Shown here in pieces: positions 1 through 13,338 of a DNA stretch of 64,000 nucleotides. How positions within the stretch are numbered: position 1 is the stretch's first letter; each line of letters starts with the position of its first letter. Position numbers and translations under genes: made by a program. Source of the DNA: Phoronis australis (lineage: Eukaryota > Animalia > Phoronida); assembly GCA_002633005.1 (NCBI GenBank), contig NMRA01000470.1, positions 62,001 to 126,000 of the forward strand, given 5' to 3'. The notes under the pieces are model-generated. The model searched no databases, was not told the DNA's origin, and saw only the letters and a program-made list of their open reading frames with translations.

Positions 1-206
1 ACCAATCTGTGCCCTCGTGGTTATGACCAATCTGTACTCTCGTGGTTATGACCAATCTGTGCCATCGTGTTTATGACCAATATGTGCTTTCGTGGTTATG
101 ACCAATCTGTACTCTCGTGCTTATGACCAATCTGTACCCTCGTGCTTATGACCAATCTGTGCCCTCGTGGTTATGACCAATCTGTGCCCTCGTGGTTATG
201 ACCAAT
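1..206. repeat. 25-bp minisatellite, about 8 copies, intronic in the MAM gene
   Basis: The unit accaatctgt(g/a)c(c/t)ctcgtg(g/c)ttatg repeats head-to-tail with no spacers and is truncated by the window start. Confidence 0.95.
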
Positions 207-456
207 CATGAACCAAAATTGATCGAAACCGTCTAATTTCTGCTTGCCGGGTTGGGAGAGTCACAAGTGAACTACTCAAGTATGCTAACAAATGGGAGGT
301 TGGAAGGTCATAAATGCATGCGCACGTGTATGAACTTTGTGTTAGATTGATGCACCTAACTGTAGCCCACCGCTTGCGAAATAAGAGTTCAAGAATGGAC
401 ATGTCGTCATTATGATAATACGATTACTTTCGAAGCAGTGAAAAGGATGTACACAC

Positions 457-3400
457 CGTTTCCAGTCGTGTGGTCTTTAAGATTAATGTTTGAGCTCGTG
501 TTGTGCAAACTAACAAGCCACTTCCGATTGCCTTTTCCAAAAATATTTTGCCGATAGCCACATAGACCACTGTCAAAATTACATCCGTAATCTGCACCTA
601 AAACATAACAAAGCAGTTGCACTATACCACTAGCTTTTAAAACAATAGTTAAGAATTTTGAAGATTTAATAAGGCCAATATAGGCAAAAAAAGCTCTTAT
701 AATCAGACATTTACATCACAGGACACATATTTCACTAATTAATGATGGCCGGTATCACATAGCAGATGACAATTGGACATGCCATAAGAATTAAAACAAG
801 CAACTTATTAAAAGGCATTGTTACATGGTATAAAAAGACTGGTTGGTATATGTCCTCACGGAGACTGTGCTGAGATGACATCAAATTCTCTCAAAAATTA
901 GTTGTAGTTTGATACTTAGCATCGTTTCTTAGTAATTTGTTTTAAACCCTACCTGTTCACCGGAAGACCATTGCGTGAATTCGAGCAAGGATGTATAACC
1001 ACGGTAAAGCTGTTGGAACAGCATTATCTTGCGCATAGTTTTTTGAAATTAAAGCCACCGGTGTCAATTAGTGAAAACGACAATGTGATCATAACGTGGG
1101 TAAAATTCTCATTTACTTACATTTTCCTAGGTTGAATAAAATGTTGTCAAGCCCAACTTCGCCATTTTGTGAAGTGCCAGTGAGAGCTTGGAATATCGCC
1201 TACAACGTGGAGAACTGCTCGATAAATTTAGGGGACGCACGCCCGAACTAATGTGTGGGGGATAACAACCTACTGTTTCGTGTCTTGTAAAAAGGTTTGC
1301 AATGTCAAAAGAGACAGGCAATTATGAGAGGACAAAATGAATGGCTTTCATGCAAGCTACTAGGCAACTCAGATTATAAACGGTGCTATTGTAGTACAAT
1401 ACATATACTACAGAGGGGGTAATAAGCAACTGCAGTCGGACCACCGACAAAAACTGTCTGGTTAACAGCTTTACCCAGTTAGTGATCATTCGTTTATGGT
1501 ATAAGAAGGAATGGCGAGGCGTTGCGTTTGTGGCGGTTTTCACAATCTAGACCAAGCTATGACTGTTTTCACATTCTCGCGGGACAGTGGGGAAGCGCGG
1601 GCATAGAACAAATTTGTACAAGAAACTCGCGTGTTGGTGGTGATGACACACTGGCGATGGGTACGTTCATACGTCACATCCATGTCCGTGGAGTTAAGAA
1701 ACTTCCTTGAAATTTGTTTTCTTCTACTTTATCGGGGTTTTTTTGGAATTCATAGTTGTGATATGCAGTGCTGTAAGGGAAGGTCTAACGATGCTGACAA
1801 TGCAGGGATTTGTCAAAACAAGGTCGTTGTGGCTTTAAGCAAAAACAGGTGAAACACGTCTTGGTTATTCTATGTTTCATGTGACATTACATAGATGCAC
1901 TTTTACTGATTAAAGCCGCTGTAAAACCATCCTCAACTTTTTCTACAGGCGTATATGTCCTGCCAAAACACTTTGATTGCGTTGTTACACATTCTGTTTG
2001 TGCTGAAATTTTTCAATAAATAGCCTGAAATCTTCTTGACGGCCATCTTGTCTTCGCAAATGAAACCCACTTACGGTGACGAACAACCTAGTGTTCTTGG
2101 TTTGAAGCAACAAAAACATGTCAAGCTTCGAAATCACATCGGAGTAGGTAACTAAGTGGAACTAAGTGGAAATGATTTTGTAACACTACGTGGTTTAAAT
2201 CGAAGTTTGTGTTTGACAGATAGTAAGCGCTTATTGTCCCTTCAAGATCTTATTTCGATTTTGTGGCATTGGCAAACAACTTACTTGAATCTAAAAACAT
2301 GCATTCTCACCTGAGAACCGTCATTGAAGGAGGGAATGTTTACTTGAACGGATGTCCATCTGTTTTGTGCACACGTTGAATTAGACTGCCTGATACGTCG
2401 ACTCCATAAAACGATATCGGTCTTCAAATTTCCATCTTTTAGCAGAAATTGAAGCTCCGCGATGCCATAGGACTTAAAATAATAATCGAACGAGAGGCAG
2501 TAGATGTCTTTGTTTGAAACTACTTCGGGCGACACCAGGCGAACGGTAGCATTAATAGGCTGACTGCTGGCATCTACTTTTGTGAACCATCCTAGAAACC
2601 AGTAATAGTATACATAATGATTGCCGAAGCATGGTTTTTTGTTAGGAGGGGACTAGAGTGAGATCTGGGCCCGGTCTCCAATCTTTTTACTCGAAATGGA
2701 ACTCGAAATCAGGTTTGGTATTTTCTACTCTACTTTTGGGCGAAATCAAGATAAATATAGATTATTACATGGCGAAGTCGTTATCCCCCGTTATCTAGAG
2801 CCCGAGTGGATTTTGGAGAATTATCGCCCGAGGGGCGTAAGCCCCGAGGGTGATAATTCTCCAAAATCCACGAGGGCTCTAGATAAAGGGGATAACGGCT
2901 GAGAACATGTAATAATCTATTTATACCACATACTAAACGAGAAACATTGCAATGAATCGATTTACCTTTTCTGACTCTCCACGGCTTCGTAACTACTTTC
3001 TATGTCAGAGGCCCGGGGTCGGAGGTCGTGACCTTTTAAGAAAAGCCCTGCTATTTTTGTCAAATAATGCTTTTACTCAAAACCAATTGAAAACTTAAAT
3101 ATTATAGAAATAAATTGAATTTATAAATTAAGGTTTACCAACTATTATAGCTTAAAACACGTTTTTTTCACGCTAAGCTTAGACCGGGAAATTATCGTCT
3201 GCTAAAGTAGGTTACCACTGGTAACTGACTATAATTCTCAAGTCAAAGATCCTGACTAGACGATACCCGCATTCAAACTAGAGATCGGTGATTTACAAGT
3301 GAGAGGACATAAGAGAAAAATTTCACCGAATTAAGATATCATTTTTATGGAAATTACGTGTCTTATTTTTCGTAGCGTATAAGTACAGTACAATGTGGTT

Positions 3401-6400
3401 TGTTGAAAGTGGGATTATTGCGCGTGCTCATTTAAGTATTCTATTTTCACTCTTGATGACGTCAGTCGCTGCGTGGTGTAGTGGTAAAGTCGGCGACTAG
3501 CAATGTTAGGGTCCCGGGTTCGACCCCGTCCTCGGTTTCCCGCCAAATCGTTATCTCACTAGTGAGATAACTTTATGGGTTATTACACGGTTGTATCTAC
3601 CGTTTGACGCTAATATTGTGGTATAAGTGTCTATTATTCTATACTCGAGTACACAATAATTTACGTAGATAATTTATTGCCCTTAGTTCACAGTTTGTAA
3701 ACCCAATATTGAAGCAATAAGTTCGAGTTTGAACTCGAAATTTCGAGTTTTTACTCGAGTTTGTTGCACAAATATAAGGGTCTTCAAGGGCAAACTTGAA
3801 ATAGAAACTCCTATGCATAAACTATAATGTATTCGAGCACAGTCTGATAATCAATTATCTTAAGTTCGCACAAAAGGAGTAGAGAAATTGCCAAAAATAG
3901 TTTCGATCTCGTTTCGAGTACAAAGATTAGAGACCGGGCTCTGGTATGATATTTCTTTCTATTACTTTAGTTTAGTTCTCGCTCGCCTTATTATTCTGTC
4001 GAAAAAGATACCGGCACAACTGAAAGATGTGTAATATGTTTTATAGTACTTTCTTGTGTACTGTGAAGTCACCAATTCCACAGATACATGTATCTATTGA
4101 TACTGTACAACGATTCCGTAAGCTATCCTATTGCAACCGTTTACCTTTCTCCAACCAAGCCAACGCACCGCACGCCAGGCGTGGCCATAGACAAATGACT
4201 AATCTTTCCGTATTCAATAATAATGTTTAATTGATTTCAGAGGGCTCAACCCATCTGACTCATCATAGTTTCATTTACCTTGCGTGTGCTGTGGGTCTGT
4301 TCCAGGGAAGGGACTAACGTGATCTATGATCCAGGTAGATAGAGTCGACGTGTACCTGCAGTACGGCCATCTCATGTCACCGAAGTAGCAAGATAGGGCC
4401 TTCAATGAAACCAAGTTACCTAAAAGCAACGTATAACATTGGAGATCTTGGCTGCCTTCCGAAGTGTTTGCTGGACATGGCATAGAATTTACTTTCTCCA
4501 TCTTATAAGCGAAGAATTCTCACCAGAGTTGTGTATCGCGAGTGTCATGCGTTTATTTGAACGCACCCTGGCCTACCGAAAAAAACAATAACACGTGATT
4601 TGGGTGTTCAACGGTGAACGCTCACTGAGGTTCCGAAGCTGAAACGGCAACTTACGGGTACTTTATCCCATTTCATAATCAATTTGTAGATACACAGCAG
4701 TGGTACATCATGCAGTACTTACAATGTCCAGAATAGAGTTTGACGTCATCAATGGCAATGGCACCGTATTCTGGAGATACACGAGCACCTTCAAACTCGA
4801 TCTACAATGAATTGGAAACAAAAGGATCTTTTTTATGACGATACCACTACTCTACAGTTCAAGGCTGTTCTTAATTTTCTCCAGTGGTAGGCTTGTTAAA
4901 ACATGTCAGGACTGCTTTGTCTCTTCAAAGTTCGACAATACACAAGACATGTTTTACAAATCACTTTAAATCAATTCCTGTAACCAACTACTAACGTGTT
5001 TCCCTCATAAAAATAATAGCGGATCGAAAAAGGTTTATTAAACGACCTTGGGGTCCTAGTGGATCTGTTTATCCTTACCCACTTACTCGACTCATCCATA
5101 AAACGGGGACCCTCGGTTTCGACGCCATACCTGAAATTCATCTGCCGGGACAAAATGCAGGCGTTCTTCCTTCCAGACGACAGCAGCACCAGGTGACTTC
5201 CAAAGTAACCTCCTTGTTCTGTTCTTCTCAATTAGATTGACTTTCAAAATATACGACGCCGAGTTGACGTTTTTCCGCGCGAACTCTAAGCAGGCATGTC
5301 TCGTGGCGCCAACTGGTGGAGTGATGAGATAACTTTTGTCATACATGGACGTGTTGCTCAAAATGGCAAAAAATCCTGTAAGAGGTAAAAATGTTTCGTG
5401 TTTGCTAAAGAGGAAAGCATTTTTTTAAATTATAACTGATTACACCTGAAAATAGGGACACCATATACATTTCATATCAACATTGCTGTCTGTCAATCGA
5501 GGAAATCAATTTGTGAGCAGACTGCTGGCATAGTACCAACTCAGAAACTACTCGGCTCCGATCTGTTCTGTCTTACGACTGGTCGCAGACATGAACTCGA
5601 TTAATTTAGCAACATTATTCAAAGTTGGCCCTTCAACAAGGGGACAGATTGATCCTCTCGTCACATATTGGTCTCCTGAGCCCGGCTACATGAAACAGTC
5701 TCAAATAGGAACTCAACTAAATTCCGCAAATCTACTGCGTATTTTTGGGCTTGTGAAAACACCGATTACCCTTTCTTGTATTGTTGTAGTTTCATTACTA
5801 AGTCAACGTTTGACTTTGATACAAATCGAGAGTGAACTCTTCGATGAATTCTCAATATTATCGAAAATAATTAGGGATCTTTTCATGCAACACCCCCAAT
5901 TTAAGGACCGAGTCCCTATTTATTTTCGATGAACTCTGGGCTCAATTTTTAGTAATATTATTAGAAAATGTCATTTACCAAAGAGGAGCTCATAATAAAG
6001 ATGAAGTGATAGAAAAATATTGCATCTAAGAGTCCATAAAAATACAAATACGCAAAAAGACGTGGGGACCTTAGTTGGTCCTTATTTAAGACAATTTTAT
6101 GCAGCCAGCCACTGGCCTTTTACTTAAAATTCCATGTTAATGTCCGCCGGGTGTCGGCACAACATATATAACCTGGAGGTAATATGTACCATAGCACCAG
6201 GCCCTGGTATTGAACAGTAACGTCTCAGCCAATAGTGAAGAAAAAGTATTGTTGTTCGAGGCTTGTGGGCAAGATCACAGATTTTGTGAATTGGAATAAA
6301 TTAAGCAGCCTGCCAATGATCTATAGTCTATGAGTTTCGTGTATGTATTTTCTGCATGGCCGCCATCACCAGCGGAGTAGCCTCCTCTATGTGAAAATTA

Positions 6401-9400
6401 GGTTTCGTGTCAGCTGTGCCAATTACCTTACCGCGGAGCAGTTCACAGATTATAAGTAATGACAGTCTCACCATCCCCGTCTTTTGTAAGATTCCATTGC
6501 CCTGAACGTTGTTCGAACCCACAAAATGTTTCGAAGTCACAAGTAATTGAAGTTCTTGGTAGTTTTAACGTTGTTGGAGGCATTGTTGTTTTGCCTGTGA
6601 CGTCACCTGTGGTAAAGTTAGCATATAGCGTTTTTGCTTGCCGATACCTTCAAGAGCAATATTTTTGCAATTCTATAAAACTCATGAATTAGAATAAAAA
6701 AGGACAATCGCCGCACAAATGAAGAAGGGCATTGTGCCAGTATCAATCACCAAGCTATTTCAGTTACTATAATCTGCAAAGAACCTGTAAAGGAATTACT
6801 GGCTATTCTCTGAATAGCATGCAAGGCTCAGTGACCCTACAGCTACGAGGATGACCTGTTTACTATTTCCTGTCATTGTTGTTACACCCATTTCACTTCG
6901 TGGATGTAACCTGACTGGTATGTCGACAGTTGATGTCTGGTTGTTTGTATCCTGATGATTCTAATGAATAAACGTCGAATTAATATGAACTTTTTCATTG
7001 GTGCGGTGATTGTCCATTTTTTGGTTTATTATGGCAAATGGTGTATGAGTTAGAGAACACAATAGGGAAGTAACTACTGCTCTAGAAGTAGCTTCTCTAT
7101 TTTTAAGGTTTGCGTTTCAACTCACATGATCCTGATGTTACGCTGACGTCATCAATTCTTGTGAAACCATTCCCTGTTCTCAAAATTTCAACTTCAAATA
7201 CAATCTACAAGAAAGTTACGTTACGTATAAGCGCTTCCCACTTTGTCCAAAACTGAAATGTAATATTACAATATAGATAAACATCTGATCAACATTTTGT
7301 CTTTAAATTTGGTTTGTAATCGATCATTACCCCCTCTCTAAAGACAAAATGTTGATATTTATCTATATTGTAATATTACATTTCAGTGTGGGACAAAGTG
7401 GGAAAGTCCCTTTTTAAATGGGAAGCGCTTGTATGAAGAATCTAATAATACCATACGTTTACTACACGTTATATCGAGATACATGATATACAATATTATA
7501 AAACCTCGTTATTCGGTTAATTCTTGTATATGTTTTGAGAAATCAGTAAAATAGAATTAAAAAACGGACAATCCCCGCACAAATAAAAAGTTCATGTTCA
7601 CTCAAAGTTTCGTATACAAAAGACAGCAATTGCCAACATACAGCTCAGGTAACATCCACAAAGTGAAGTAAGAGATACAGGAAATAGTAAGTAGCTGGTC
7701 ATAACCATAGTTGCAGGGTCACTGAGCTCTGCATGTTATTCTGAGAATCAGTAGCATGCTGAATGGCCAATGGCTCTTTTATGTACAGATGAAACATCGA
7801 ATGAACATGAACTTTTATACTTGTGCGGCGATCTTTCTATGGCCAAAAACTGATATAATTAACAGTAAAATAAACCTTGATGTACGGCAGATACAAATCT
7901 AAGACAGTATTATCACCCGTCGATGAAGTACCATTTAGCCTCAATCATTCCCACGTACTTCAAAGTCTGTCAAGGGGCTTATTGAAACCCGCGCCCAAGT
8001 CCATGTTCCATTAGTAGGCGAACCAGTCCATACGGGTGTTGAGGGAAACGTGAAACCGGATAAGGCGAGGAATACTTTCAAAGGGGTAAACTCCTGGCCT
8101 TGAGATTCGTATCTCCAAGCTATACAATGCAGTCCCCTGACTCGTCTAACTAGGGGTGAGTTAAAGCGCAAGACGGAGTCATTGGTTGACGGCGTGAACA
8201 AGTTGACCCGTGCTTCCACGTATCCGTTTCCTAGTACGTAAAGATGTTAGACTTAAAATACAAAATGGCCGCAGACTTCAAGCGTTGCAGACTCTTTAAT
8301 GATGTACTTAAACAATGCATAGATACATTTTCATCTCTGAGAAGCGGGGTGTAGCGTACTCTACACTCACGCAATGATCACTAAAACCCTAGCGGTGTGG
8401 AGTATTACGCAGTCCCAATGCGAGGGCACCAACGGCCAAATATCCACCTCAGGCGGAAGAAAACATGTTTCTTATGCATTCAATGATTTTGTTTCGGCGA
8501 CTTCAATTAGCTATCAATATTCTGTAAGTGTGGTGTTCTATCAAGGCACAATGACTGTTCAAAAGCCTAAGTGGTCTTTACTGCTTTTATAAACATGTGA
8601 TGACATCACCGGTTCCGACTAGGTCGGCTGGCTGAGACACCTGATTTGTTGCTAATTCCGAATTATGGCTTTTAAACCAGTCAAATCTCATAGGTTCACC
8701 CGCGAAACCAGTGCAACCAATAAACAGATCAGCTGACTTACTCATCATCAAGCAAGCTGAAAGAGGAGACGGGACATGTTCTATACTCAAATAAAATATT
8801 GCGCGCTACTCGTTCTTGGTTATATTCGTGAATGGTGGTGTTTCAGTGAGTAGTAGTGAAAACTGATTATTGCTCTTCACCTTTAGAATCTTTGTGCCAC
8901 GCCCACTTGGCTCCCGGAATACCGGAATTGTCATTGTACGAACACACACTAGTTGTGTCAAAGGAACAGTCTGCTGCTGTGGAAATCGAGGACGCTGATA
9001 CTGTCTTGTGGTGTTGCTTTGTTGTTGGTGGTGGTTGGGTCACAAAAGAAGCTGAAACACAAGGAAGAATATGCAGACACATTGTAAAGGGCTTCAGAAA
9101 TCGAAGGCATAAAAATGTCAGTTCTCTTAATTGAGTCTATGCGATGGACCTTAATTGTAATGGATATTATGACAATGACGTATGTACCTTGCGTGTCGGA
9201 ACTGAATGTGACGTCATCTACAGCAGTACCTCCATCGTGTCGTCGTACTCTGTTTCCAGTGAACCCTAACTGAAATTGAACAGGATAAGGCGTGCTGTGA
9301 TCGTCAAAAGATGTTTTAGTGAAAAAAATAGTATACTTGTACGTTCGCAGTAAAAGATCTCTTTTTTATTTTCTGTAATCAGCTTCATCGAGAAGGTACG

Positions 9401-11261
9401 TGATCAGTATACTCATTTTTTTAATTTTTTCCTCCCAAAAATAAAGTTTTGCCTCTGTTTTCATGTTTGGAGGAAAAATTGAAAAAAGTGAGTCTTTATC
9501 TTGACGTTCTTGTACGGAATTTCATTTCTGTTACTTTGATTAATGACAACCATTGATCATCGTTAGGACATCACTTTCGTCTGAATGAATATACGAGTAA
9601 ATTAGGAAAACAGTCAAAAGGAAATTCGCCAGTTCGGGTACGGCAACTGTCAACTTTAAACGCAACAGAATTTCTGCCATCGTTATTGCATGGCTCATCC
9701 CTTTGTGTTACCTGAAATTTATCTGTAACTTTCAGGTGCGTACTTTCTCGTTTCCAGCCGGGTCCCTGGTCACCACTTTGATGCCAAACCACACGGTGAG
9801 GCATTTTGTCGAACACAACAAGAGACAGATTCCCAACACCTGTGTGTACAAGTTAGTTTATACATGACCAGTCTTCAAATATAACTTGCTACAGATGAAT
9901 CGTGTTACTGCTTTGAACGAATCTCGCTTAGCTCAAGCAGAAATCTAGAGAAGTTTCGAAGTGCAGACTTCCGGTTGATTTTCACTTTAATTTCATTTAC
10001 TCTTGACACAACTTGAACGGCAGCTGACAAATTTTGAAGTAAGTCGAAGAAATTTTGCAACTTTTTGAAAACTACTATGCACGTTTGACCTTTTCAGATA
10101 CACGATCTGTCTGAAGGAAGAAGGTTAACCATACTCTTCTGACAACTGCCAAACACAATTTCTATGAATAATGTAACTTGTTTCAAGCTAAATTAATTTT
10201 ATAAAGCCTAATGTACATTCAGTGATTAAACAAATTGAAGTTTACACAGTTGTACTAGGATTTTCTTTGTAATAAAGAACAACCCCAGAAAACAATTTCG
10301 TTACCCAATACGAGTAACGTCGGTGATAAACATTGACTGTAAACTTGATTAAAAAGTGACACTTTTCACAAACTTTCGTGCCCAGTACTACACGAAAAAT
10401 TTACAGATAATGTGCAGGTGATAGTAATTAGCGAGTGCCTTTTTACTAAACTATGTCATACACACAGAACATTTAGCCTGTTGCATAGTTAAGACGTCTA
10501 TAATGATATTTATTCGGAGGACGTCTTGTATACTCACCAGCTCCACTCATGTGGTAATAAAAGGTCACATTCACGTCGGCGTGTTGACCAACAACAATCA
10601 CGGGACTGATAATCATGGCGTTGTCGTCTGGTGAGGTGGCGCCACTGTCGTCCAAGAACATGTAAGAACCATCTAAGGAAAAGACACTGAGCACATACTA
10701 AACCAAACGCCACAAAGTTAGAATTGCTATGTTATGGTTAGTCAAAGGGTCATAAGTAACTTACTATTTTCAAGTTTTAAAATTGAACAGTGAAGAATGA
10801 AGTGGAAATTACATGAAGGCTGAGAGCTTAAAATTTCCCTAAGAAAGGGACACCGCTGGGGTTCCATGGGCGACGCAGCACTGAAAAAAGTGGTGGGCTA
10901 TAGTCCCCAGCCCCCTATGGTGCGCCGCTAATGGGTTCATCTTGATAACGTTAGAGGATATATTTTGAACATACATGTGCGAATTCAGATTGACGGTCGC
11001 TTTAGACACAAGACCTTCTTTGATGGAATTTGCCCTGTGAAAATGAATTCTGGCGTACACTTATCACGTGGTCAATAATTGGCAATCTAACTTCACATGG
11101 AACAGTCTGGTCAAATTTAAACTTACTCCCTGAGTGATCGCCCGTGACGCCATTAAGTATGGGGCCTGATCTTCTTGACCAATCAAAGCCGTCTGTAGTC
11201 GATTGGTGCCAGCCGCACCAACCTGTATCGAAGGTGCAGGTTCGCCTCCAGCACAAAGCAT
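457..11261 (-). CDS. Tandem MAM-domain extracellular protein (partial: first exon not found, 3' end outside the window)
   Basis: Phase-consistent GT-AG exons: 11127-11261, 10538-10672, 9712-9839, 9188-9269 (MAM1); 8881-9051, 7959-8230, 7126-7204 (MAM2); 6472-6606, 5131-5375, 4723-4801 (MAM3); 4279-4419, 2311-2591, 1121-1199 (MAM4); 457-597 (start of MAM5). MAM motifs include CTFDTGWCGWHQSTTDGFDW, GDHS-G-GSYMFLD, VTFYYHMSG, WHQSGDQGPGW, IAIDDVKLYSGHC and CNFDSGLCGY..DHTTG. Thr/Pro-rich linkers separate some domains. Confidence 0.93.
2757..3627. mobile_element. Nested element with a ~165-bp palindromic head and internal ttataccaca/tgtggtataa inverted ends
   Basis: A near-perfect inverted repeat spans 2757-2920, centred on ggggc-gtaa-gcccc. 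ttataccaca at 2921 is the reverse complement of tgtggtataa at about 3618. Confidence 0.6.
3468..3537 (+). pseudogene. tRNA-derived sequence (tRNA-Ala(AGC)-like pseudogene or SINE head)
   Basis: A-box tggtgtagtgg, anticodon loop ct-agc-aa and B-box ggttcgaccc occur at tRNA spacing. The acceptor, D and anticodon stems have mismatches. Confidence 0.6.
6696..7022. mobile_element. MITE family B, copy 1
   Basis: Inverted ends ggacaatcgccgcacaaatgaa ... ttcattggtgcggtgattgtcc. The interior (ctcagtgaccct..., tactatttcctg) is the reverse complement of the interior of the copy at 7556-7840. Confidence 0.6.
7228..7431. mobile_element. Fold-back MITE flanked by TA (Tc1/mariner-like)
   Basis: Long inverted arms aagcgcttcccactttgtcc..ctgaaatgtaatattacaatatagataaa / tttatctatattgtaatattacatttcag..ggacaaagtggg..tgggaagcgctt, with TA on both sides. 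Confidence 0.75.
7556..7840. mobile_element. MITE family B, copy 2 (opposite orientation)
   Basis: Inverted ends ggacaatccccgcacaaataaaaagttcatgttca ... tgaacatgaacttttatacttgtgcggcgatc. Confidence 0.6.
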
Positions 11262-11526
11262 CTACAATAAGCACACTTGTAGACATACGACCAAATATTA
11301 GACATGGGGAAACACTAATTCTGTTGCAAAAATCCTTTAAACTAATAATTGCACGTTCATTGATGTGACGCCGCTCTGATGTAAAAAATGGTGAAGTTTA
11401 TTATTTAATCAAATTCGGAGTGCATGATAGTCATCATTTAGCTCTGATGAATTTAAGTAATCTGTAAGGATTTTATCAAGTGATCTATCGTGTCACGAGC
11501 AAGTTTTAGCCGATATTGGTCGACTA

Positions 11527-12911
11527 ATTGCGGGGTCATCCCGTTTTGTCCCGGGTTCTACATGTATGTGCCCCGAGTTCTGTGTGGCCCGTTTTATGCA
11601 AATCGGTGTTCTATGTGTCCCGGGTTCTATGTTTCCAGTTTTCTGTGCATCGGACGGGGTTCAATGTGTCTCGGGTTCTTTGTGTCCTGGCGTGGTAGTT
11701 GTGATTGTCCGCTGTAGAGAAGGTAGCTGCATGTATTTGAATGCCAGCACACGGGCGCGTTAATCAGCGGATTACCTGGATGCTTCAAATACACAGAAGC
11801 CGGATAATTTTTCCAGGGGGACAATTGTTAACTTTCACACCGGGTTCTATGTGTCCCTGGTGAGCGCTCGACCAGTCAATAAAATCAACATAAGATTGTC
11901 GTTTGCGACTTAGCCAAAATCACGCAAACAAAAGGCGCATTTTCAAGATACAGTTCTCATTTAAAAAATCCAGAGGTCATTGCTTAGTCCGATGGGGATG
12001 CATAGTAAAAACAATACGTCTAATTTTTGTCAATCTGAAGTGAGACCTGTGTTATTCTGTCATGGTGGTTTTGTATTTCGCACTCTGCAGGCCGCATTTT
12101 AGTCGGTTCTTTAATAAATTTCAAACATGTATCTTCTTTAGGTATATCTATAGTCTACTGTTTTTCTTTATCGAGATCGGATACACGAGAGCACAGTTTA
12201 GCGCACAAAAATGTTTTAATCATTTCATTATTTTCCTTGGCCAGCATCAGTTTCTATGCGATATTAGCTGGATTACAATACTGCTAAATTGCTGATTCAC
12301 TAAACAAAATCTCGTGTGAAAAAGACTGAATGTCACTCATGGGAGGTATGACTTCACAGTTGGCGGCATAGGCTGTGAAAACGCATTCCACAGACTTAAG
12401 GAACCTCAGCAGCTTAATGGTAAGTCCATGTAATTTATGCTATTAGGTCAAATTTTGACTTAATTATTCATGCAAAATCAGGGTTAATGAGGTCAAAATT
12501 TTTGCCCTATATCAGGATTGATAAAACACCTCAAAATTGTCATGTGTACTTGCGCACTCGTCCGCTTAGGGCCTGGACTATAACGCAAAACATGTGCGCA
12601 CTCGAACGAGCCCCCCCATTTGGAGAAGTGGGCAAAAAATTCCGCCTCTGAGAAACAAAAAGTCCTAGAAAATGCGACAAAAGTCCACTAAACAAGAACA
12701 AACGCGCAAATCACAGTGGTGCGCCGGTTNCCCCCCTTTTAGTCCGCCCACGTTTTTGTTACCAAAAGGTCCACAACGTCAGGAATTCGAGCCCCACATA
12801 TTGAAGGGTGGGTGAGCGCATGTAAAAGACCGGGACACGGGATACATAGAACCTGAAATCTATAAAACAGGACACACAGAACACGGGCCTCATAGACCCC
12901 GGGGCGTAATG
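11527..12911. mobile_element. TIR element with inverted arrays of ~16-bp subterminal repeats
   Basis: Arrays of tgtgtcccgggttcta at 11545-11690 and about 11840 face inverted copies (gggacac..catagaacc, ggacacacagaacacggg, catagaccccggg) at 12830-12905. It contains a family A MITE. Confidence 0.5.
12591..12822. mobile_element. MITE family A (CATG.GCGCAC TIRs, 5-bp TSD)
   Basis: Ends catgtgcgcac ... gtgagcgcatg with flanks caaaa / taaaa. The shared core is aagtgggcaaaaa.tccgcctc.gaga.acaaaaagtc. Confidence 0.8.
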
Positions 12912-13088
12912 CTACGCTCCCGTTGATTGTAAAACTGCGTTTTTCGGTTGCAGGTTATCTGAATGTTGTCGACTGAATTTTTGAGAAAGGGTGTAGGTCA
13001 GAGGATGGAGGGGAGGGGAAGTAGAGACGCGGGAGAGGTGGGTGAAGGAGGATTGGGCCATACGAATATACACATGTAGGCAGAGAGG

Positions 13089-13338
13089 CATGCGTGCACC
13101 CAGCCTAAAAACGGGGGGTTCGAATTTTTGATAATGTGAACCTTTGCTAAGATTCACGGGGAACGTTCAGAGCTATGAATTGTGCATTCGCCCGTTTTTT
13201 TGGAATTTCTTCCTTTTTAGTGGACTATTGACTCATTATCTATTTTTTCGGAGTTTTTGTTTCTCTGAGGCGGACCTTTCTGCCCACTTCGTCCAATATG
13301 GGGAGCCCCCCCCCCCAGTCCCCCTGGGTGCGTGCATA
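13089..13338. mobile_element. MITE family A
   Basis: Ends catgcgtgcacccag ... ctgggtgcgtgcata with flanks agagg / acagg. Confidence 0.8.

Larger units (their letters stand above)
2665..3943. mobile_element. Non-autonomous TIR DNA transposon (hAT/P-like ends) containing a nested insert
   Basis: The left end ctgggcccggtctccaatctttttactcgaaa matches the reverse complement of the right end, cagagcccggtctctaatctttgtactcgaaa. Subterminal ctcgaa/ttcgag motifs recur. The flanks gtgagat and gtatgat may be a decayed target-site duplication. Confidence 0.75.

Noticed and set aside
1-206. CRISPR-like array
   Set aside because: The units are contiguous with no unique spacers, there are no cas genes, and the context is a eukaryotic intron.
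3468-3537. Functional tRNA-Ala gene
   Set aside because: Several stems are mismatched and it lies inside a transposon-like element, so it was kept only as tRNA-derived.
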